A stretch of DNA of 36,367 bases, taken from positions 1 to 36,367 of the forward strand of contig JAFOXU010000018.1 of the NCBI GenBank assembly GCA_017425725.1, read 5' to 3'. The notes beneath the pieces are model-generated. The model searched no databases. It was not told the origin of the DNA and worked only from the letters and a program-made list of their open reading frames with translations. This document shows positions 30,442 through 36,367 of the stretch, piece by piece; position 1 is the first letter of the stretch, and every line of letters begins with the position of its first letter. This DNA comes from Alphaproteobacteria bacterium. GTDB lineage: Bacteria > Pseudomonadota > Alphaproteobacteria > Rs-D84. Made by a program: the position numbers and the translations under genes.

Positions 30442-31271
30442 TATATTGTTCCTTTCATAAATGCGTCTGCTGCACTTGATTCTTGTTTAATTGTTTTTCC
30501 GCTTTTTCTGGCTAAATCATCCAAAGCGTTTTCAACCAATGTCCAACGTGTTTGTGGATCAAGATATGGCGATAAACCCATTGATTTAAAGAATCTTTCG
30601 CCTTCGGCTTCGGTCATTTGCGCGCCATAAATCTTTTTCAACTGATCTTGCACATACTGCTTTGCTTTACCTTCAAATTCGTTGTATGCTTGTGATGATT
30701 CTGTATTCATAGTATCAGACAACCATTTGCCAGATTCTGTTGCCCATCTGCCAGATTTATCGTTCAAATCTTTTAATTCTTGAATCTTTTCTGGTTCAAA
30801 ACGATATGCTGCATCTGTTCCTGCATTTGGATCATTAACTTTGATATAATCTTGTGCAACTTGGTCGCTTATCGCTTGCTTTGTGGCTTCTGCTTCTAAT
30901 TGTGCCGCTTTCAAAGCATTTTCACGGTCTTGCATTTCTGCTTCACGTGCGCTTGCTAATCTGTCGCCATATGCACCACCAAAACCTTGTGATAACGAAG
31001 ATAAACCAACCGCCCATGGATTGATTACATCAACACCATATGCACCTTTGAAACTTGGTGCGTCTGACACACCTGCCAACGCATTTGCTAATGTTTCCAT
31101 GCGACTTTTTTTCAACGTTGGCGTACGCAAAGCATTTACAACGGCTTGCAATTTATCTGGATCGTATTGTGTGCTTTGAACTGTGCGTTGCGTTTTTGTA
31201 ACTGGCACAACCTGTTGTGGCAACGCCATTGGATAACCTAATGCCTGTAAAACTTGATTATTGTCTGCCAT
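30441..31271 (-). CDS. Internal virion-like protein, 276 aa
   Basis: Coupled (1-nt overlap) to the 540-aa gene. Gln/Ala-rich. Confidence 0.55.
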   Translation of the reverse strand: MADNNQVLQALGYPMALPQQVVPVTKTQRTVQSTQYDPDKLQAVVNALRTPTLKKSRMETLANALAGVSDAPSFKGAYGVDVINPWAVGLSSLSQGFGGAYGDRLASAREAEMQDRENALKAAQLEAEATKQAISDQVAQDYIKVNDPNAGTDAAYRFEPEKIQELKDLNDKSGRWATESGKWLSDTMNTESSQAYNEFEGKAKQYVQDQLKKIYGAQMTEAEGERFFKSMGLSPYLDPQTRWTLVENALDDLARKSGKTIKQESSAADAFMKGTI

Positions 31272-31284
31272 TATTTACTCCCTA

Positions 31285-32016
31285 TTATTTAGTCAATGCA
31301 TCGCCGGCTGCTGCACCTGCTGCTGTTCCAACGCCTGGTGCAATTAGCGTTCCAATCGCTGCACCGCCAATTTTTCCTACTGCACCCAACAAACCGCTTG
31401 TCAGTGCGTTTTTGCTTGCCTGTTCTTGTTTCCATGCTTCAACTTGGCTGTTGTACAACTTGTCATATGTATCGCTTAACCCTGCGCCTGCTTGTCCTGC
31501 AACCATGCTTGGATCGATAACTTGACCACCTGCCATGCCTGCTTGACCCAAGATATTGCTTTGGTATTGCTGACCTTGCAATAATGCTTCGTTGGACAGC
31601 GATGACAATGTGCGGTTCTGTGTGTCATAGATATTTTCCATCGCACTGTTCCATGCGCTTGAACCCAATGGCAAACCACGGTTAGTCAATGAACTTTCCG
31701 CACGTTGTACCTGTCTGTCCATTTGTGGCTGTAAATACGCCATTTGTGCATTGTAATACGCGTTGGCTGCTTCTGTTGGATCGCCGGTATAGTTTGCCAA
31801 TGCTCTTTTTTGAACGTCTAATGCCGCCAAACTGTTATCAGACAAACTTTTATTTACGGTTAATTGACCCGTGGTTGGATCAATCGATACCGAATACCCA
31901 CCCAATGGGCTTGATACGTTTGCATATTGCTGAATACCTGCGGCCTTATTGATACGGTTTTGTTCCGCTATCGCCGCATTTTGATCATATGTTGGTGCTG
32001 ATGAACTGCTTCCCAT
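31285..32016 (-). CDS. Internal virion-like protein, 243 aa
   Basis: Immediately downstream of the portal. Gln/Asn/Ala-rich with a Gly/Ala-rich hydrophobic C-terminus. Confidence 0.55.
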   Translation of the reverse strand: MGSSSSAPTYDQNAAIAEQNRINKAAGIQQYANVSSPLGGYSVSIDPTTGQLTVNKSLSDNSLAALDVQKRALANYTGDPTEAANAYYNAQMAYLQPQMDRQVQRAESSLTNRGLPLGSSAWNSAMENIYDTQNRTLSSLSNEALLQGQQYQSNILGQAGMAGGQVIDPSMVAGQAGAGLSDTYDKLYNSQVEAWKQEQASKNALTSGLLGAVGKIGGAAIGTLIAPGVGTAAGAAAGDALTK

Positions 32017-32028
32017 GTTAATTACTCC

Positions 32029-34026
32029 TTAATTTAAACTGCCCAAGTTAGTGTCAACAGAAGCATCCGGATGTAATGCACCATACAACGCCAATTCGAT
32101 TTCTGCATCCAATTCGCGTTCTTTGCGGTCTGCATCCTGTTTCATAATGCTGACTTTTGCTTTGTTGATTTCTGTGTCACTTACAATCTTTGCGATTTCT
32201 GCATCTGCACGCTTGTTTTCCAACGCAACGGCTGTTGCATCCTTTTCGCGTGTGTTCTGTAATTCTACGGCTGATTTCTGCGCTTCTAAATCCAGTTTCT
32301 TTGCGTCTAACTGCAATTTGGCTTGTTCGTTCTGTGCCTTGATCATATCTGGTGTTGGTTGTTGTGGTTGTGCCATACGCTGTTGATATGCTGCTATCGC
32401 ATTATCAATCGCTTCTTCCATTTGCTGTTCCACAAATGCACCAACCTTGTATCCACGGATCATTGACATAATTGCAGGTTTTGCAATTATCGCCATTTCT
32501 GGTATCTGTTGAACCATGCCTGATACTGCTTGAAGTTGATTGAAAACATTTGTCCATAACTCACTGATATTAGCCTTATAATCGCTATCGTAATAAGAAC
32601 GAACGTCTTCCAACGATATTGTCAAACGTGTATTTTTCAGCGATTCTGTCTTTAACAATTCTAATGCCTGCATAACCAATGGCATTGATTGTTCGCTGTA
32701 TTCGATTGTGGAATATGTCAACAATGATAATGTTTCAAATGTCTGGCATATAATGTCGCATGCAATACGGATTGTGTCTTGAACGAAATAAATCGCGTCT
32801 TTTTGGTCGTCTTGCAAACGCATTGTTCCAAACGAACCTTTCAAACGATTTGTACCATATGCTTCTTGTGCTTTTGTTTCGCCTTCTAACACATCGTATA
32901 TGCCCAAACCTTTCTGTATGTCGCTGATATATTCGTCACGTACAACTTTCAAAGATTCCAATGCCTTAACAATATTGTCTTGTGGCAACATCCAAATCGA
33001 AGATTCAATGCCTTTGCCTTCCAACTTTTCAACGTTTTTAAGACCAATCAATGAATTGTCGTTATCTGCATCAAACAATTTACCGAAATCTGCGATAGAC
33101 GCATCATAACCACCAGCAACACGCAAAGAATCTTTGATGCGTGTGATTTTTTGGTTGATTTTATCAACGGCTTTATACTGTTCGATATATTGTGCATGAC
33201 GTGATACTGGAATCGTGCTGTCTGTAAATTCGTCATAAGATAATGGTTTTGCACACGGAAATTCAATGTCATATGGATAATCGTATGTTGCTAATATCTT
33301 TTTATATGATGGGTGGAATATATAAACCTTGCGATCCCATTTATCCCATATTTCATACACGGATATTGTCTTGTCATCACGGTCTTTTTCGTCTATAAGA
33401 CCTGCTTTTTCCAATTCGTCCAATTCTTCATCAGATACAGATTCCGGCAATCTGATGTTTTTGAATTGCCTACGTACATCTTCTTCGGTCATACGTAATC
33501 TACGTGCAACCCAACCGCAATCATCCCAATGTTTTGATTTTTGCCATATAAAATCGTCATGATCTACGTAATCAAATGTAATATCTTCTTTTAACAAGCC
33601 TTCCTGTGTGTAATAAGGCGCATAAGATACCCAAATGATACCAAAGTTGCTTAATTCAGCGTCTAACTTTGCATATGACAAAGCCCTCTTAAACTGAGGG
33701 CTTTCTGTTAACTTCGCTGTGGTTCTTTCCAAGATCATGGATGCCACTCTTGCAACCTGATCGTCATCACGGTTTGTCCGGTCAACCTGAACCTTTGGAA
33801 TAAACGGTAATATGAACGGTAAACGCACTGACACGTTGCGGTAAAGCAAGTTATATCCCTTGCATTCATCGTCAAGACGTGCTTTCTTATTTTCAGTGCT
33901 AGTAAATGCTTGGTTGCGATAACGGCGTGTTATATCGCGGGCGGATTTACGCCATTTCTTGTAAATTGGATTGCTGTATGCAATTTCCAACTGTTTCTGC
34001 CAATAATCTTGTTTTTTATCTGCCAT
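32029..34026 (-). CDS. Portal (head-to-tail connector) protein, 665 aa
   Basis: Size fits a portal. The N-terminal W..R..RYRNQ...YNLLYRNVSVRLPFILPFIPKVQV pattern is typical of portal families. There is a long C-terminal coiled coil (barrel-like). No profile search was run. Confidence 0.6.
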   Translation of the reverse strand: MADKKQDYWQKQLEIAYSNPIYKKWRKSARDITRRYRNQAFTSTENKKARLDDECKGYNLLYRNVSVRLPFILPFIPKVQVDRTNRDDDQVARVASMILERTTAKLTESPQFKRALSYAKLDAELSNFGIIWVSYAPYYTQEGLLKEDITFDYVDHDDFIWQKSKHWDDCGWVARRLRMTEEDVRRQFKNIRLPESVSDEELDELEKAGLIDEKDRDDKTISVYEIWDKWDRKVYIFHPSYKKILATYDYPYDIEFPCAKPLSYDEFTDSTIPVSRHAQYIEQYKAVDKINQKITRIKDSLRVAGGYDASIADFGKLFDADNDNSLIGLKNVEKLEGKGIESSIWMLPQDNIVKALESLKVVRDEYISDIQKGLGIYDVLEGETKAQEAYGTNRLKGSFGTMRLQDDQKDAIYFVQDTIRIACDIICQTFETLSLLTYSTIEYSEQSMPLVMQALELLKTESLKNTRLTISLEDVRSYYDSDYKANISELWTNVFNQLQAVSGMVQQIPEMAIIAKPAIMSMIRGYKVGAFVEQQMEEAIDNAIAAYQQRMAQPQQPTPDMIKAQNEQAKLQLDAKKLDLEAQKSAVELQNTREKDATAVALENKRADAEIAKIVSDTEINKAKVSIMKQDADRKERELDAEIELALYGALHPDASVDTNLGSLN

Positions 34027-34031
34027 TGGTC

Positions 34032-34388
34032 TTACCCTTCAAGTTGATTTATCTCGTCACGAATCTTTTGTCTTGTTATGTGAAGTTCTGCAATATCATA
34101 AGGCAATGCAATGCCTGCTAATTGATATTCACTGCATTTGATAATTTTGTAATCTGTGCCATCTAATGCTAATTTTAATTCTTCAATTTTGCGTTTTTTT
34201 ATTTCTTCTGGTGTTGGTTCTGGTTCAACTGGTGCATGTCCTGCTACATACCAAAGACAATTATATGCCCGTTCTACATCCATCAATGTCATACCAATTT
34301 CGATATAGTATGCTTCGTCACAACCAACCCCGACTTGAACTTCATATGTATCTGGATTGATAATTTTTGCGTATCTTGTTTCTGACAT
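34032..34388 (-). CDS. Tail-fibre assembly/chaperone-like protein, 118 aa
   Basis: Follows the 249-aa fibre. PEPTPEEIKKRKIEELKLALDGTDYKIIKCSEYQ...R fits the XkdW/Tfa-like pattern. Confidence 0.45.
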   Translation of the reverse strand: MSETRYAKIINPDTYEVQVGVGCDEAYYIEIGMTLMDVERAYNCLWYVAGHAPVEPEPTPEEIKKRKIEELKLALDGTDYKIIKCSEYQLAGIALPYDIAELHITRQKIRDEINQLEG

Positions 34389-34404
34389 GTTTTTATCCTT
34401 TTGA

Positions 34405-35154
34405 TTATGCTGTTCTGCGCCATACGTTTACGACATATGCAGGTGGTTGAACTGTTGTGCTGTTTCCGTATATGGTGGAAGAACCTGCACCATTCACAGA
34501 TACGTTATATTTTGCAATATTGTATGCTGCGTCACCACCGCCGGTATATGACAAACCACTGACTCTCGAAGCAGATACCGCACCAGTTCCTGTAACGTTA
34601 CCGTCATGTCCTGCAATTCCATTTAAGGCACCTGTTAAAGCCGGCAACCCTGCTGCAATGGTTGTATTTCCGTTTGTACCATCGCCTGTCCACAATGCTT
34701 TATCACTAGAAACCAAAGCCCATGTTCCAAATAACGCAGCCATTGGGCAACTATTCTGCGTACCGATATATACACTGCCAACCGGATATATTGTTTTTAA
34801 AATATCTATAACAAATGCTGTGGTCGCAACTTTTGTTGAATTATCACTGGTGGCCTGTGTGGTTGCATTAACTGTACCAGTAAATGTTAAATTACGTGCA
34901 GAATATGCATTTAATTCACTATCTACATAACCCTTTGTTGCAGCGTCACCACTAACTGTTGGTGTAGCAACATTAGTTAATTTGTGTGAACCCATAGAAA
35001 TATCTGCTGTTGGTGCATTTGATCCGTCTAAATCTAATCTGTTGTTTACCGCAGATGTCAGTGCGTCAAAGTTTCCTTGTACGTGTACGCTGCTTGCTTT
35101 GATTTGATTTTGCTGATCTTGGATAATATTATAAGGCAAAGATAAGTTACTCAT
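34405..35154 (-). CDS. Short tail fibre / tail-collar-domain protein, 249 aa
   Basis: N-terminal GSHKLTNVATPTVSGDAATKGYVD fibre motif. Collar-like IYPVGSVYIGTQNSCPMAALFGTWALV. C-terminal TTVQPPAYVVNVWRR. Confidence 0.75.
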   Translation of the reverse strand: MSNLSLPYNIIQDQQNQIKASSVHVQGNFDALTSAVNNRLDLDGSNAPTADISMGSHKLTNVATPTVSGDAATKGYVDSELNAYSARNLTFTGTVNATTQATSDNSTKVATTAFVIDILKTIYPVGSVYIGTQNSCPMAALFGTWALVSSDKALWTGDGTNGNTTIAAGLPALTGALNGIAGHDGNVTGTGAVSASRVSGLSYTGGGDAAYNIAKYNVSVNGAGSSTIYGNSTTVQPPAYVVNVWRRTA

Positions 35155-35168
35155 TTTTCTTCCTTTGA

Positions 35169-36367
35169 TTAAATTGCTGTCTTGCTTATATTAAATAACA
35201 ACATCAAATCAACCATTTGATGCTGTATTCCTTTTACGTTTGCTGTGATACGAACGCTAAAATTATGTCCTAACCCAGACGCAGAATAAGTATCTACAAA
35301 CGCTGTTTTATCACCATAACCGCCAGTCCAATATTCTGTATCCCAATATGCAGTGCCTGGCGTTGGATCGTTTGGTGTTACCTTGTCAGACCAATAAAAA
35401 CCTGTATCTGCTATTGACCCAGGAACCCCCGAAGTATCAACCCAGTTGTAATAAGACTGGTTTTCAAAATCTTTGTATGTTTCAAATCCTAAATTGATTT
35501 TTTCCGATGCAGAATGTCTTACTTGCAACATATTAAGACGTTTAAGGAAATCTGACCCACAATTATTATAACTTGTCCAAACTTCAAGTGGAATAAAGTT
35601 ATTGTCAGTTTCAGACATTCCGTATTGGTATATACCGTCTTCCATGCCAAACAATAAACTTCCGTTTAATATGCACATAGTATATGAATTTATACCGCTA
35701 AACTGTGACCATTTACCGCTTGTTATATTCATTACGGCTTGGACAAATGTGTTTCCGCCTTGTGGTATATTAAACAGAACAAAATCTTCACTTGGTACCA
35801 CTAATCCCATAAAACCGAATAAAGTTCCAAACTTCGTGGCTTGGTCTAATACCCATGTGTTGATTCTTTGGCTGAATATAAACTGTTCGTTTTGGTTTTC
35901 GCCATTTGCAAAGATACTGTGGGCGGATATGAAACCTTTGTTGGTCATTATGATTAAATCCCCAGACCAGTTAATAAATGGTGTCTTACCCAGCGGATAA
36001 CCTGTCTGATAAATACCATTAAACATTATATTGTCTGGATCATCTAAATCATTACCGCTATAAACAATCGCTTCGCCCTGTGTGGTCAAAAACCCAATAT
36101 AAGAATTAAGATTCATTCCACTATCGCGCGATATATTAAATGCCGCGATAATCTTGCCACCTTTTTTTGGTGTTCCACTAGATGCAGCAATATCGAACGA
36201 TTTCATATCGTTGATACCCTGGACATAACCAACTGGCAAATACCAAACGTTCAAATCTGTTCCAAACCCAGCGCAAACTTGTGCGTTTAATGTCGCAACC
36301 CAATCAAATATGATGCTGCTCAAACCTGTGCCACCAACGTACCAGTCTTGTATTGTGACAGTTTGTG
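35169..36367 (-). CDS. 3-prime part of the 538-aa structural protein begun at 559 (beta-rich, possibly tail tubular/nozzle-like)
   Basis: The frame is open through the terminal repeat. It joins 1..559 in frame on the circular map. The Met at 36323 used by the ORF track is internal. Confidence 0.8.
   Translation of the reverse strand, partial: QTVTIQDWYVGGTGLSSIIFDWVATLNAQVCAGFGTDLNVWYLPVGYVQGINDMKSFDIAASSGTPKKGGKIIAAFNISRDSGMNLNSYIGFLTTQGEAIVYSGNDLDDPDNIMFNGIYQTGYPLGKTPFINWSGDLIIMTNKGFISAHSIFANGENQNEQFIFSQRINTWVLDQATKFGTLFGFMGLVVPSEDFVLFNIPQGGNTFVQAVMNITSGKWSQFSGINSYTMCILNGSLLFGMEDGIYQYGMSETDNNFIPLEVWTSYNNCGSDFLKRLNMLQVRHSASEKINLGFETYKDFENQSYYNWVDTSGVPGSIADTGFYWSDKVTPNDPTPGTAYWDTEYWTGGYGDKTAFVDTYSASGLGHNFSVRITANVKGIQHQMVDLMLLFNISKTAI
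36227..36367 (+). repeat. Terminal direct repeat, copy 2 (identical to 1-141)
   Basis: Same 141 bases as 1-141. 141 equals a common maximum assembler k-mer, so this is most simply a circular-contig overlap. Confidence 0.95.

Larger units (their letters stand above)
1..36226. mobile_element. Complete circularly closed temperate phage genome (unit 36,226 bp), podovirus-like gene content
   Basis: Exact 141-bp end overlap. Full set of terminase, portal, capsid, fibre, lysis, integrase/attP, repressor and replication/recombination genes. No flanking bacterial genes. attP is intact rather than split. Confidence 0.8.

Noticed and set aside
1-36367. CRISPR arrays, rRNA genes, transposase/IS elements
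   Set aside because: No regularly spaced repeats, rRNA-like segments, or transposase ORFs with terminal inverted repeats were seen on either strand.

Overview
The window holds one complete, circularly closed, AT-rich temperate phage genome with a unit length of 36,226 bp. Bases 1-141 recur exactly at 36227-36367, so the first and last ORFs are one gene cut by linearisation. About three quarters of the genes are on the minus strand.

Layout:
- Late/morphogenesis strand (8747 down to 559, wrapping to 36226 and down to 20129): a compact GroEL-like plus GroES-like pair, a scaffold-like acidic protein, small and large terminase, a GNAT-like moron, major capsid and decoration proteins, two large structural proteins, three tail-fibre genes with two chaperone-like genes, a podovirus-type portal followed by three internal-virion-like proteins, then a fragmented lysis region. 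No tape-measure, tube or sheath gene is recognisable, so a short-tailed virion is inferred.
- Integration module: attP built on a tRNA 3-prime fragment (about 9092-9398), with a tyrosine integrase and an Xis-like protein.
- Leftward early operon: a Rad52/Sak annealase, a Gp157-family protein and a PAPS-reductase-like protein.
- Immunity region (14036-14952): lambda-like, with two near-identical consensus promoters sharing a 13-bp operator. They flank a leaderless XRE repressor gene and a co-transcribed membrane protein.
- Rightward early operon (15250-20007): a replication-organiser-like gene with internal iterons, NinB-like and VRR-NUC proteins, two paralogous DPPY DNA methyltransferases and a Lar-like protein.

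Most notable observations:
- the miniaturised chaperonin pair;
- a 66-aa stand-alone NrdD glycyl-radical-like peptide;
- a serum-amyloid-A-like protein inside the lysis region;
- strand-specific tandem terminators across attP from int (sib-like geometry);
- a cro-less structured PR leader.

All homology calls rest on motif recognition by eye. No database search, fold prediction or statistics were run.
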